In this document: one piece after another, positions 24,224 through 37,380 of the stretch
Layout of the letters: each line of letters opens with the position of its first letter
Position numbering within the stretch: the first letter of the stretch is position 1
From: Mobula hypostoma
Taxonomy: Eukaryota
Assembly (NCBI RefSeq): GCF_963921235.1
Contig: NC_086109.1
Location: 8,868,001 to 8,932,000 of the forward strand
DNA: 64,000 bases
Direction of reading: 5' to 3'
Notes under the pieces: generated by a model
Told to the model about the DNA's origin: nothing
The model's database searches: none
The model's input: only the letters and a program-made list of their open reading frames with translations
Made by a program: the position numbers and the translations under genes

Positions 24224-24970
24224 TCGGGTAAATGGTCAGAATCTTTTCCAAAGGATGGAAATGTCAAACATCAGAGGACACGCTTTTAAGGTTATAAGGG
24301 TGGTGGGGGGGTGGTTTAAAGCTGAAGTGACAGGGATTTTTTTTTAAACCGGACAGAGCAGTAGGTGCCTGGATTGAGTTACCAGAGATAGCAGAGAAAG
24401 CAGGCAGAGTCTGGAGGCTGAGACACATGAATATGAACGGAATGGACGGATACTGATGATACACTGAAGGACATTTAATATAAACAGGAATCAAGATCAC
24501 TGCAACATTGTGGGCTGAATGGCCTGTTCCAATTCCACGTTCTACACTCACTGTCAGAGTAACTACTCAGATTTGTATAGCGCCCTAAATATAAAACAGC
24601 TATTTCTGAAACCAAGATGATGACAAAGAAGGCATTTAAAGGGTAGAACAAAAGTACACACATACAAGAGTCAATTCTGGCTTATTTCTCATTCTCCTCA
24701 AGGTGGCAGCAGCGAGCTCCTTTTCGAACAGGGTGCCACGACACAAGTACAACAGAATGCAGCAGTGGGAGACATCAGCTAACGGCCTTAGGGTAGGCAA
24801 ACATCACCAAGGTTCTCCCACCCTACAGCAGGGGTTCCCAACATTTTTGTTATGCCATGGACCAATGCAATTAAGCAAGGGGTCTATGGACCCTAGTTTG
24901 GGAACTCCTGCCCTGGAGACATGCTCCCCTTCCACTGCCCGCCCTGTACCCCAGAACAAACAGCCGTTAC

Positions 24971-25073
24971 CTGGTATGAAGGACTGGGATAGAGCACTTG
25001 GTCAGAATACTGCCAATAATGATAGCTTCTCTTAATGTGCATGTACCAGATTCACACAGAGGAAGTAGAATAC
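24971..25073 (-). CDS. BYSL: Bystin coding exon 6
   Basis: Hand translation [35 protein letters not shown]; ag acceptor, gtaac donor; 103 nt. Confidence 0.96.
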
Positions 25074-28000
25074 CTTTGGAGAGAGAAGGGAAAATTAATA
25101 TTTGTTGGAATTGAATGCCGTTGTTACTTGCACAATTAAATTCAGAAATTACAGGACAGAATTAACCATTGACCCACCCACAACGGACACAGGGAGTGCA
25201 ACTCAGCTTCCTAAAATCATTTTATGGAAGTTCAAAGTAAACTTATTACCAAAGTAACCATATGTCACCATACACAACCGAAATCCAGTTCCAAGTTCGT
25301 TGTTGGTACTGTGAAAAACTTTGTTTTACATGCCATCCACACAGATCATTAGTGTATCGAAGCTGTACAAGGGGAGGAAGGACTGTTGACTGTGGTGGGC
25401 AAGCGATATTGGCGTCACAACGCATGGCGACATTTGCAGGCTGCCCCCAGCAGCACATCTTTGGTGTGTGTTGGTTGTTAACACAAATTACACGTTTCAC
25501 TGTACATTTTTGATATACATGTAATAATTAAATCTGAATCAGTGCAGAATAAAGCATTACATTTACAAAGAAGCCTCTCAATACACGTGGGGAAGAACAT
25601 TCTCAATATTACATTTTTATTTAGCGTACTGCCGCGAAGCAGAGTTCGGATCCATTTAACACAGTCCGGTGACTTAGCTTACAAAAAGTAGTGGTCCATC
25701 ATGGTAAAGTACCCCCCACCCCCCCACCATTGAGCACATCTACATGAAACTCTGTCGCAAGAAAGCAGCATCCATCATCACGGACCCCCGCCATGCAGGA
25801 TGCACTTTCTTCTCGCTGCTACCATTAGGAAGGTGGTACAGGAGCCTCAGGACTTGCATCACCAGGTTCAGGAATAGTTATTACCCCTCAACCATCAGGC
25901 TGTTGACCTGAGGGGATAACTTCACTTGCCCCATCACCGACTGATTCCACAACCAATGGATTCACTTTCAATGACTCTTCATCTCATGTTCTCAATATTT
26001 ATTATCTATTATTTCTTTCTTTTTGTATTTGCAGTTTGCATCTTGCACAGTAGTAAAACACCCAAGTTAGTATGATCTTTCATTGATTCTATTATGGTTA
26101 TTACTATATTATGGATATGTTCTCAAGAAAATTAATCTCAGGGTTGTATATGGCAATACATGTGTATTTTGAACATTAGCTTGTAAATCCACCATTGAAG
26201 AGGAGCGATTTCTGGGCACACAAGCAACTAGGGGCTCCGGGGAGAGTGTGGGAATATTTAAAGATAAAGATTAGCTTTAGGTTGCACATAATATTAAAAC
26301 ACACAGTAAAATGCATCGCTTGTGTCTCTGACCATCCACTTTGACATCCATTTCAAAGATGTGCTGGCAGCAGTCTGCAAGTGTCGCTACACTTCCAGTG
26401 CCAACATAGCTCATTAACCCTAATCGGGCATCTTTGGAATGCGGGAGGAAACCGAAGCACGCGGTGGAAGCGCACGCGGTAATGCGAAGCATGTACAAAC
26501 TTCTGACAGCAGTGGGAATTGAACCCCGATCGCTGGTGCTGACCACTACACTACTGAGATGCCCATTTTGGGGTTGGTATCGACACAGATATTAATATAT
26601 GAACGATATTGAAATGGATTGCTGTGCTTGCAAGGAATGGCCAAGCTCACAGTGCCAAATGAGATCCTAACTGAGACAGCACGGTAGCATAGTGGTCAGT
26701 ACAACACTTCACAGTACAGGCGACCCGGGTTTAAATCCTGCCACTGCCTGTAAGGAGTTTGCACGTTCTCCCCGTGTGTCTCCTCCAAATGATTCCCTGT
26801 TCGGTAGGGTTACTGTGTCATGTTTTTTTCCCTGTGCTTTTTGGAAATTCTTTTATTTATTGAGATACAGGACGTAGAAGGCCCTTTGAGCCCTGCCAAC
26901 CAGCAACCCCCGATTTAACCCAGCCAACTCACGGGACAATTTACAATGACCAATTAACCTACATCTTCGCATTGTAGGAGGAAACCGGAGCACCTGGAGA
27001 AAACTCACTGAACAATCAGATGATTAGAGTAGGGAGTGTTGGATTGGGCTGTATAATTAATATTTTTCTTGTAGTTTTAACATCGTCTTTTTGGGTGACA
27101 GGATGGAGATAAGTCTCTACTAAAGGAGGTGTCAGGCGCTTCTTCCCTCTGCTGGCCTGCAGGTCACCCTTGGGCGAGGTGTAGCACCTGCTTAGACCCC
27201 CGATCAGGGTCACATGAAGCCACGGGAGCAGGTGGTGGATGGTCGTATGAGCAGCTGGTGCAGATCACAAGTCCTGGTTATGTAACCACTGACGCCAGGC
27301 AGACAATCTCTAAAGAGTATTGAAAATGGCTGGGGTCACCCATCTTGTAAAGACACTGCCCAGAAGAAGGCAATGGCTTCTGTAGAAGAATTTGCCAAGG
27401 TCATGAGACCACGATCACCCACATCATATGACACAACACATAATGATGATGGCAATTGATTTTATTTTTGTCATCACCAGTAATTGTTTAAAGCGTTTTC
27501 CAGTGGTTACAGTGGTCTGGTGTAAGATCAGACCACCTTTGTTCTCTTATCTCTTTTCCCTTAGGCTCTCTTTCTCTGCTTCCCCCCCCCCCACGCTTTC
27601 CCATTCTCTCTCACCACCCATCTCCCCTCGTTTCCTTTGTTCTTGTAACACTTAATAAAACAATTGTAAGCAAGAAGTCTGATGCCTCATTCTTAACTTC
27701 CTAAGAACCTTTAGATTGCAAAAGCATCGGGATCCAACAAGGGCGCAGGTTGAGGCCAAGAGGGTAGAGACTGAATAGACACCCGAGAGGCTACTTTTAC
27801 CACCCCCGCGGGCAGTCCGGTCAGTACATGATCCAGAGGAAATGGTTGAGGCAAGGACACTAACAACATTCAGAAGGTATTTGGACAGGTACATGGATGG
27901 GAAAGGATTAGAGAAGAGGTTCCCAATGTGTGGTTAAGTGCCTGGCTCAAGGACACAACAGCTGAGGCTCGAACTAACGACCTTCAGATCACTAGACCGA

Positions 28001-28278
28001 CACCTTAACCACTTGGCCACGTGCCAACACCATAGACCTGTACCATTAAGCAAGTGGCCCATGGCCAAGGTGGGAACCCCTCAGTTAGGTGGATGTGGTC
28101 CAAACACCGGCGAATGAGATAAATTTAGATAGGAATCTTGGTTAGCATGGAAAAGTTGAGCCGAATGACCTGTTTCCACACTAATCCCCAAAGGGCCTCA
28201 TTACACGCTGAGAATTTCTATGATGGTGTGGAATAACTTGGAAAAGGTTTCAGAGCTCTTTTTTTTTTGATTACCAAA

Positions 28279-28351
28279 GGCTGGCTAACTCAGTCGGTAA
28301 AGCACAGGAGCCTTAATGCCAGGGTCGTGGGTTTGATCTCCGCGATGGGCG
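28279..28351 (+). pseudogene. tRNA-Lys(CTT)-derived pseudogene in BYSL intron 5
   Basis: 73-nt GGCTGGCTAACTCAGTCGGTAAAGCACAGGAGCCTTAATGCCAGGGTCGTGGGTTTGATCTCCGCGATGGGCG collinear with vertebrate tRNA-Lys(CTT); T-loop GTTCGA>GTTTGA and broken stems. Confidence 0.8.
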
Positions 28352-28807
28352 CTGGCATTCTGGAATGTCACGGTAGCGTGGTGGTTAGTGTAGAAAACAT
28401 TACAACACCAGCAACCAGGGCTCAGTTCCTGCTGCTGTCCGTAAGGAGTTTGTACATTTCCTCCAGGTGCTCTGGTTTCCTCCCACATTCCAAAGACATA
28501 CAGGCTAATTGGTCACATGGGGGTAATTGGCTTGTTGGGCCGGAAGCGCTTATTATCATTCTGTATCTCTAAACAATGTTGCTTTGCCACTGTGTTCTGC
28601 CAAACTTTGTGGACTTGCCACGTTGGCGCCGGAATGGGTAAAGACAGCTGCAGGCAGCCCCCCCCCCCCACACATCCTCAGGAGCGTTGGCTGTCAACGC
28701 AACCGTCACATTTCACCGACTGTACATGTGATAAATAAACTTGAATCTAAATCTACAACTACAGGACAAGAGATCAGTCACCTGCCCTCAGCATAGAGGA
28801 AGCTTAC

Positions 28808-28968
28808 CCTTAAACCAGGCTGCAGGTTTGAACAGCGCTCTCTTCAAGGACATGTAAAGGTGGAAGTTAAGGCGTTTGTACTCGACAATGTCGTCTCTCA
28901 CACGAGGCAAAAGCACCAGGTTGTAGAACCTCTGGGCCATCTTGGCCTTCAGGTTGGCAGCAAAGATC
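28808..28968 (-). CDS. BYSL: Bystin coding exon 5
   Basis: [53 protein letters not shown]; cag acceptor, gtaagc donor; 161 nt. Confidence 0.97.
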
Positions 28969-29269
28969 CTGCAAGTTGTGAGGGAGAGAAGTGGGTTAGG
29001 AAGAGTACACAGCAAAGTTACTATTTGCAGCAATGAGAGGGCACTGTACTGCCAGCATGAAACAACAAATTTCACGACATAGGTCAGTGATAATAAACCT
29101 GACTTTGATTCACTGGGAGGGAGGGGCGCTAGGAAAACAGCATGGGAATAATGGGCCAAATGTCCCCTTGTATCGTTTAATCCAGCAGCAGCACAGGAGC
29201 CCAGTATACCTGCCAGGAAGAGCAGAAACACTCTGGCCCTCCAACATTACAGGAATGCCAGCCTCTCAC

Positions 29270-29403
29270 CTGGTGGCCTGGTACATGGCAGCCGCCGTCC
29301 AGCTCTCTGGCTCCGTGATGTACAGAATCTGCTCCCAGTTTGACAACGCTGGCACAATCTTGAAGGCTTTTGGAAGTTTCCCACTCCGATACTTGCACAG
29401 TAC
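29270..29403 (-). CDS. BYSL: Bystin coding exon 4
   Basis: [45 protein letters not shown]; ag acceptor, gtgag donor; 134 nt. Confidence 0.97.
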
Positions 29404-30024
29404 CTTTCGGAAAGCAAAATGTAAAGCTTTACCAGGTCTGAGTACAGCTATCACCTTTGAATTTTTATGTGTTCTGAGGCATATGTCATAATAAACAAAC
29501 CCAATTTTCCTTTATGGTCAGTGAATGTAACTCACTGTTGAGATTATCACAATCGTTTGTTAAGAAGTTTTGTACGTAGCCTGCTGAACGTCGCCACGGT
29601 TCACCAGCGCCATCCTGGAGGAGCGGAGGTTCCGAGGTATTTTACAGGAGCAGCACTTTTAACGAAAATTGCAGAAATTAGCAGCTCCGCAAGTCACCCA
29701 AAGAAAATGCCTTCCTCTTCCAAATGCCTCATGACAGCGGCAGGACGGTTGTGTAGCAGTTAAGGTAATGCTACTACAGAGCCAGCTGCGAGATTCGGGT
29801 TCAATTCCTGCTGCTGTCTGTAAGGAGTTGATATGGTCTCCCCACGATCGCGTGGGTTTCCTCTGGGGGCTCCGGTAACCTCCCACATCCCAACAACGCA
29901 AGGGTTAAGCTTACCTGTAGCAAGTTGTAGACACTTGCGAGCTGCCTCCAGCACATCCTCGGACTGGACTGGCCATCGACACGAGCGACCCATCATAAAC
30001 GTGACAAATGAAGCTAATCCTTAC

Positions 30025-30163
30025 CTCACGGACACCCTTGTACACCTCCAGGACCCTGGGGTCCAGCTGCGGCATCGGTCGGCCAGAGATTTCCGACATG
30101 ACCGTCTCCACTTCCGTCTGCTTCTCCGTGATCTTCTCCATGATAATGTCAGCCAGAGTGCGC
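30025..30163 (-). CDS. BYSL: Bystin coding exon 3
   Basis: [46 protein letters not shown]; ag acceptor, gtaagg donor; 139 nt. Confidence 0.97.
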
Positions 30164-30988
30164 CTTCAGTGCAAAACGAGAGAGCTACATGAGCAACGAG
30201 CAAAAGCAGACCTTCATCTGCCCTGCTAGACAAGAGTGCGCTGTCTTTACCCAGGTCTGGCCCGGTACACAACTCCACGCTCGTCAACGGGAACGAGCTA
30301 GCCAGAGCCCTCAACCCGAAGGCGATAAACACCGACTACTTCAACACCACCAAATCTTTTAAACAAGTTAGACAACCTTGTGGCCGGCACGTTGTGCACT
30401 GTGTTGCTGTGAACGTAGACCAGTACAGGCCCTTTGGCCCACAATTTTGTGCTGACCTGTATAAACCTACATCATGATCGAGCTAACCCTATCCTCAGAC
30501 ACAGCCCATAACAACACCCCCTCCCCATTTTCCTTTCAGCCATCTGCCTACGCTGTTGTGAGGAGCTTTGTACATTCTCCCCGTGATCACTCGTGTTTCT
30601 CCCCCCGCCCCCGAGCGCTGCAGTTTCCTCCCACATTCCAAATAGACGTAAACAAAGTTAACATGGGCATGCTACTTTCGCGCTGAAAGTGTGGCAACAT
30701 TTGCAGGCTGTCCCCAGCACAAGCTTGGACTGTGCTGGTCGCTGACACAAACGATACACTTCAGCGTATATTTTGATGCACTCCTGACAAGAAAGCTAAT
30801 CTCTCTTTAAAATATGCCCACCACCCTGTGCTTGGAAAATCATTGCCTGTCAGATCCCCGCTCTACACCCATCAACTTTTTACACAGGGAGCTGTCAAAT
30901 CCCTCTTTACGGATGTCGGCAAAGCAGAAGTAAAGGTTTTCTGAAAGCCTGTTTGCATCAATCCTCCTCAGGAACTACCTGACGTTAC

Positions 30989-31154
30989 CTCAGCGGAGGG
31001 TTCTTGTTCATGAACGTATCTATCGCCTTTTCATCCTCCGGGTTCACGACTACTTCCTCGCCGTAGCCCTCCTTCGCAATCGCAGCCGCACTCTCCAGCG
31101 TCGGCCACTCATCGTCCGATTCGGAGTCCGAATCTTTACCCTTCGAACCTGAGC
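30989..31154 (-). CDS. BYSL: Bystin coding exon 2
   Basis: Hand translation [55 protein letters not shown]; acceptor ttttcacag, donor gtaac; 166 nt. Confidence 0.95.
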
Positions 31155-31529
31155 CTGTGAAAAGATAAAAAAAACAAATGCAGTGTGAGCAACCTTACCC
31201 CGTGGGTCTGAGTTTTAACCTGTTGTCCCAACACCTTTCACATGCTCTGCCCTCAGTTTAACATATCCCACCTTTATCAGGATCAGCTTGTGATCTCCAG
31301 CGTGAATCTGAAACAACCTGCTGGAGGATTCCTTCCTTCTGCAGTTATAGATGAACGAGAGGGGTATGGAGGGCTTTGGCCCAGGAGCAGGTAGTTTATA
31401 ACCACATATTTATAGGGCCATAAGATTACAAGAGCAGAATTAGGCCATTTGGCCCATCGAGTCTGCTCCACCATTTCATCATGGCTGATCCATTTTCCCG
31501 TTCAGCCACAATCTGCATTCTCCCCCTAT

Positions 31530-32160
31530 GAGAGGGTAAACAGCTTTAGGTTCCTCTGCATCCACATCTCCAAGGACCTCATGTGATCTGTACACACACG
31601 CTGTGTGGTGAAAAAGGCACAACAGCACCTCTTTCACCTCAGATGATTGAGGAAGTTTGGAATGGGCCCCCAAATCCTAAGAACTTTCTATAAGGGGCAC
31701 AATTGAGAGCATCCTGACTGGCTGCATCACTGCCTGGTGTGGGAACTGTACTTCCCTCAATCGCAGGACTCTGCAGAGAGTGGTGCAGACAGCCCAGCAC
31801 ATCTGTAGTTGTGAACTTCCCATGATTCACGACATATACAGAGACAGGTGTGTAAAAAGGGCCCGAAGGATCATTGGGGACCCAAGTCATCCCAACCACA
31901 ATCTATTCCAGCTGCTACCATCCGGGAAACAGTACTGCAGCATAAAAGCCAGGACCAACAGGCTCCCGGACAGCTTCTTCCACCAGGCCATCAGACTGAT
32001 GAACTCACTCTGATTTGAGTGTAGTCTATGTTACATTGACTGTTCTATTTATTATAAATTACTATGATTGCACATTGCACATTTAGATGGAGGCGTAACG
32101 TAAAGATTTTTACTCATGTATGTGAAGGATGTAAGAAATAAAGTCAATTCAATTCAATAT
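31530..32160 (+). mobile_element. Rex1/Babar-like LINE 3' fragment
   Basis: IESILTGCITAW, RIIGDPSHPNH.LFQLLPSG, SFFHQAIRL; (AATTC)n tail. Confidence 0.8.
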
Positions 32161-33459
32161 ATAACAACTTACAAAGCACTTTTGTAAAGATGATGCTGCT
32201 CAAAGTGCTTTACAGTGCAAACATGAAGATAAAAGACAAAATTATGTTAGGTAAAAGCAAAGTTAAATAAATGGTTTTGAGCTGGCCTTTAAAGTTGCCA
32301 ACTGAGTCTGCATTCCTCACAGGTTTTGAGCTCCATAGTTTAGGAGCGTAGTTCAAAAAAAAGCTGACCTGACAATTAGTTGGGACCAGGCAGCAAATAA
32401 ACAGGATTAGATGGGCTGGAGGGCTTTTTTCTGGGCTCTATGACACTCTCTAATGGAGATGGGAACGCTGTCACAGACTAAACTGCCAGCTTGTCAAAAT
32501 GGAACCTTCTTCCTGAGGGGGCCCCTCGGGGATCACGGATGAGTTTCTGCTGGCCGGGCTCTGGGGGGGAGGTGAGGCTGACAAGGGGCCTGCGGACTTT
32601 GCCAGCGGTTGGGATCGAGTGTGGAGTTGGTGAGGCAGTCAGACCCTTTCCACTGCTAGTGTTGGGCTTCCTGCGCTGCTAACCCTTGGGCTCGAGGCCA
32701 CAGTCCAGCTGGAATGTGCCAACTCAAAGCCCCTTGCAGTCAGTGTAGATACAGGCCTTTTGGTTTCATCCATGACAACCAACAAGCCTGTCTAAAATGA
32801 TCCCATTTGGCTCATATAATTCTAAGCCAGAGGTTCCTAAACCTTTATATGCCACAGACCTATACCATTAAGCAAGGTTGGGAACTCCTGCTCTAAACCT
32901 CCCCCATTAATATAGCTCCCCAAATACCTCAATGTACCTGCCTCAAACACTTCTTCAGGCAGCTCATTCAATATATGCATCGCTCCGTGTTTTCCTCAGG
33001 ACCCTTTCCTCCCCAAATTTAAGCCTATCCCATCCAGATGTTGCAAACAAAAGAAAACCTGTAGATACTGGAAACCCAGAACAACACACACAGAATGCTG
33101 AAGGAACTCAGCAGGCCAGGCAGCATCTATAGAAAAAAAGTGCAGTTGACGTTTTCGGGCCAAGACCCTTTGGGGTGGGGGGGGGTCGTCTCTTTAACCC
33201 TGCTGAGTTCCTCCAGCATTTTGTGTGTTCCGTCCAGATGTTGACTCCCAATCCTCTGAAAATGTCTTTTCCCTTCACGAATTTACAGATCTCTGTGAGG
33301 TGATCTCATCCTCCTACACTCCAGGGAAGCAGTCCGGTCTCTCCTTAAATCCCAATCTCTTCAGTCCTGATAACATCCTTATAAATCGGTTTTAACGCCC
33401 TCTTCGTTTTAAGACATCCTTCCCATAGTGACACAACTCTGCAGATGCTGCAAATCTTG

Positions 33460-33503
<44 letters not shown>
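33460..33503. repeat. (CA)n microsatellite
   Basis: ~22 AC units inside a Penelope-derived short element. Confidence 0.95.
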
Positions 33504-33506
<3 letters not shown>

Positions 33507-33678
33507 TGCTGGAGGAACTCAGTAGGTCAGGCAGCACCTACAGAAGTGAATAAATGGTTGACGTTTCATCTGGCTGGTTTATTATCTCCATGGATGCTGC
33601 CTGACCTGCCGCGTTCCTTCAGCATTTTGTGTGTGTGCTTTCTCGCTCTCGCCCCCGCCCCGGACTCAAAACACTCAC

Positions 33679-33949
33679 CTAACACGGTAGTTTTTGTGGT
33701 GCGGCCCGGGTCGTCGCCGCCGCCGTGCTCGGCCTCCAACTCCTCCTGTTGCGCTCGGGCCTGCTCCAGGATCCTGCGGCTCAACCGGGCGTCCACATAC
33801 TCCTCCTCGTCCCGGGCCCGGGCCTCCTGCCTGCGGTGCCGCTCCTTCTGGCGGCCGAGCGGCTTCACCGCGTCTCCCTGCAGAATCTGCTCGGCCAGGC
33901 CCAGGCTCCGGGGGGCCTGGCCGCCCTTGCCCAGCTTGGCTTTCGGCAT
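33679..33949 (-). CDS. BYSL: Bystin coding exon 1
   Basis: ATG at 33949; MPKAKLGKGG...LAEQILQG...EEYVDARLSRRILEQARAQQEELEAEHG matches the bystin N-terminus; donor G|gtgagt; 271 nt, ends phase 1; CpG-rich. Confidence 0.96.
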
Positions 33950-34140
33950 CACTGTGATCCCAGCCCGGGGACCCGAGCAGCCCGGCAACTCACCAGCCCA
34001 CGTGGGACCACCACATCGCGCCTGCGCGGAACGTATCGGCTCGGTGACGCCGCGGCCGCGAGCCATTCACGTGATCCGGGGTCCGCGCATGCGCCAAATG
34101 TATCCGCTGGCCGTGCAAGTACGACTCGCACTTCCGATGT
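33950..34140 (-). promoter_or_regulatory. BYSL CpG-island promoter / 5'UTR
   Basis: CACGTG E-boxes at 33999-34004 and 34068-34073, NRF1-type GCGCATGCGC at 34085-34094, ETS-type CACTTCCG at 34129-34136. Confidence 0.7.
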
Positions 34141-34889
34141 ATTTCTTGTCTCCGCAAATGCTCTCCGAATTGCCAAGCATTTACATCGCTTTCTGTTCTA
34201 CATCTTCACCGCACTGAGATGAAGAGCAATCAGTGGATCAAAGTTCAAAATAAATTTATTATCAAAGTACGTATATGTCACGATGTACTAGCCTGAGATT
34301 CATTTTCTTACAGGCATTCGCAGTAGATATAAACAAATCAGTGAAAACTACACACCTCACAAGCAAAGACGGTAGAACAACCGTGTAGAAGACAAACTGT
34401 GCAAATAAAAAAGAAAACATCATAAGAAATTAATAAATAAATAATAAACATTTTGAATATTATTTTGTAGAGTTGTAGAGTCCTTGAAAGTGAGTCCACA
34501 GGTGTGTTCATTGTTAGTTCAGGAGGCTGATGGTTGAGGGCTAATACCTGATAGTGTGGGACAAAAGCTTCCTGTACCTCCTGCCCAATGGCTGCAACGA
34601 GAAGAGAGCATATCTTTAGGATTCCATTCCCACCACAAATGCTGTTCCTCCAGCAGTGTGTTTGTTGTTCTAGATTCCAGCGTCAGCTGTCTCTTGTGTC
34701 TCTAACTTGTTTTTCTTCTTTTGCAAAATCTCCAGAACCCAAAATGTTAAATGTTAACTTCCACAAATTCTGCCTGACCTGCAGAGTGCTCATTCCATCT
34801 TAATTCCATGCTCAGTCCCTTCCCACCTACATCCATGCTCTCCATTTCTTCAATCACTTTCAATTCCTGGTCACCTTATTTTCATAGTG

Positions 34890-36140
34890 GACGTCCCGTG
34901 CCTATACACTTGTACCCCCATCAGGAAGATCTTAAAAGCTTACCACTTTCGAACCAGTTCCCCTTCACCACCACCTTCCTCCATCTGGTGGAACTCTTCC
35001 TCACCCTCAACAATTCCTCTTTTAGATTCACCCACTTTCTCCAGCCTTGTGGGAACTCACATAGGCCCTAGCTGTGCCTGCCATTTCACTGGCTATGTGG
35101 AACAGCCTATGTTTCAAGCCTACCCTGGTAACACTTCCCAAATTTTCCTCAGCTATATTGACAATTACATTAATGCTGCTTCATGTACACATGCCAAATT
35201 TGTTATTTTCATCAACTTTGCCTCAATCTTCCACTCTGCCCTCAAATTTACTTGGTCCTTCCCAGACACTTCTCTCCCCTTTCTGTGGTGAAAAAGGCAC
35301 ATCAATGCCTCTTTCACCTCAGATGGTTGAAGAAGTTCGGTGTGGGCCCCCCAAATTTAAGAACTTTCTACAGGGGCACAATTGAGAGTATCTGACTGGC
35401 TGCATCACTGCCTGGTATGGGAACTGTACTTCCCTCAACCGCAGGTCTCTGCAGAGAGTGGTGTGGACAGCCCAACGTAACTGTAGATGTGAACTTCACA
35501 CTATTCAGAACATTTACAGAGACAGGTGTGTAAAAAGGGCACGAAGGATCACTGGAGACCTGAGTCACCCCAACCACAAACTGTTCCAGCTGCTACCATC
35601 CAGGAAGTGGTATCACAGCATAAAAGCCAGGACCAACAGGCTCTGGGACAGGTTACTCCACCAGGCCATCAGACTGATTAACTCATACAGACACAACTGT
35701 ATTTCTATGTTATATTGACTGTCCTATTGTATATACCATTTATTACAAATTACCATAAATTGCACATTGCACATTCAGATGGAGTCATGACGTGAAGATT
35801 TTTACTCCTCATGTATATGAAGGATGTATGTAATAAAATCAATTCAATTCAAGAAAGACTGTCTCCTGAAATCTTTTATGAATCCGCTGACTTTCTCAGC
35901 TATCACGACGATCCCTCTTCCTTCCCAGCCACTCGTAAAAAATCCTATTCCTTTTCCTCATCCCCTTCATCTTCGCCACATCTGTTTCCAGAACGAAGCT
36001 TTTCATTCCAATCATCTGACATGTCCCCCTTCTCAGAGAATGGGGTTTTCCCTTCCTCTGCCAACGATGCTGCCCTCATCCACATCTCCTCCATTTCCCA
36101 GACATCTGACCCCACCCAGCCCACCTTCCTGACGCTGTAA
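34890..36140 (+). mobile_element. Degenerate Penelope-like RT fragment interrupted by a Rex1-like insertion
   Basis: Frameshifted peptides NQFPFTTTFLHLVELFLTLNN, YIDN, HSALKFTWS..DTSLPFL, KNPIPF..LRHICFQNEAFHS collinear with the 7960-9245 ORF. Confidence 0.85.
35283..35851 (+). mobile_element. Rex1/Babar-like LINE 3' fragment (same family as 31530-32160)
   Basis: High similarity to 31600-32160; (AATTC)n tail; nested in a Penelope fragment. Confidence 0.8.
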
Positions 36141-36947
36141 CAAAGTTTGAAGTAAATTTATTATCAAAGCACATATGTAATGGGCAACAGATGACACATA
36201 TTTTTCATAACAGAAACTCTTCTATATATTTCACAAACACCATTATTGAGTTGTTGTGTTCACTTTAAAAGACATTGCCTGATGTAATGACGTCAGTGTA
36301 AGACAACTGTTTTTGGCTTGTTTGTAATGGAAGAAGGGGGCTGTGGTTTTTGTTAAGTATAGTGGTTTTTGTTAAGTATATAAAATGACCCTCGCAGCTT
36401 TTATTCACAAAATCCTACACATACGAGACCATATACTACCCTGAGATTCATTTTCTTGCAGGCATTCACAGTAGAACTAAGAAATACAATAGAATGAAAA
36501 ACTACTCACACAGGTTGACAAACATCCAATGTGCAAAACAAGACAGACTGAGCAAATACAAAAAAAAGGTAATAGGTTAATAGTCGGGAGAATATGAGTT
36601 GTAGAGTCCTTGAAAGTGAGTCTATAGGTTGTGGAATCAGTTCAGTGCTGAAGCAACTAAAGTTATCCATGCCATCAGGAGTCCGATAGGTGAAGGTTCC
36701 TGAACCTGATGGTGTGGGACCCAAGGCTCTTGTACCTCCTGCCCAATGGTAGCAGCGAGAAGAGAGCATAGCCTGGATGGCAGGATAGTTTCCCTTGTCA
36801 TAGATGTTAAGGACTAACGTGTAAATGTTTAATGTTATATTTCAAGCCAACAATGCATCCTTGTATCTCTGATTACCGGACGACTAACTTGAATGGAGAA
36901 GCGCGTGGTGCTCCGCGCCCGTAGGGGCACTGCAGCTGGAGGCTGCA

Positions 36948-37290
36948 GCGGGTTTGGTTGAAGAAGTGGTTAGTCCTCCTGGCCCGTGGCGGCGCTGTAA
37001 CCGATAGAGATTTTGGTCTGGCCTCACGGCGGGTTTGGCTGGAGAAGCAGTTACTCCTCCCGGTTGGAGGGGGTGCTGTGACCGAAACGGACACGGCCTC
37101 GCCTCACGGCGGCGGGTTTGGCTGGAGAAGCAGTTACTCCTCCCGGTTGGAGGGGGCGCTGTGACCGAAACGGACACGGCCTCGCCTCACGGCGGCGGGT
37201 TTGGCTGGAGAAGCAGTTACTCCTCCCGGTTGGAGGGGGCGCTGTGACCGAAACGGACACGGCCCGGCCTGGCCTCACGGCGGCAGGTTC
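36948..37290 (+). repeat. 83-bp GC-rich tandem repeat (~4 copies) upstream of the MED20 ATG
   Basis: Unit starts at 36948 (diverged), 37029, 37112, 37195. Confidence 0.95.
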
Positions 37291-37366
37291 GGCGGCCTCG
37301 GACGGAAGGAGGGCGCCCGGTCCGGTGTGAGGTGGTCCGGATCTGAGCGGAGGTCGGCGACGCAGG

Positions 37367-37380
37367 ATGGGGGTCACCTG
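37367..37380 (+). CDS. MED20: Mediator subunit 20 coding exon 1
   Basis: ATG GGG GTC ACC TG|gtgagg = MGVT(C), the MED20 N-terminus; CpG-rich context. Confidence 0.92.

Noticed and set aside
33952..33993. BYSL 5'UTR intron (gtgagt...cacag)
   Set aside because: Only ~42 nt, below normal vertebrate intron size, and no pyrimidine tract
33546..34222. Plus-strand ORFs of 223 and 165 aa
   Set aside because: Antisense to GC-rich BYSL exon 1, where stops are scarce
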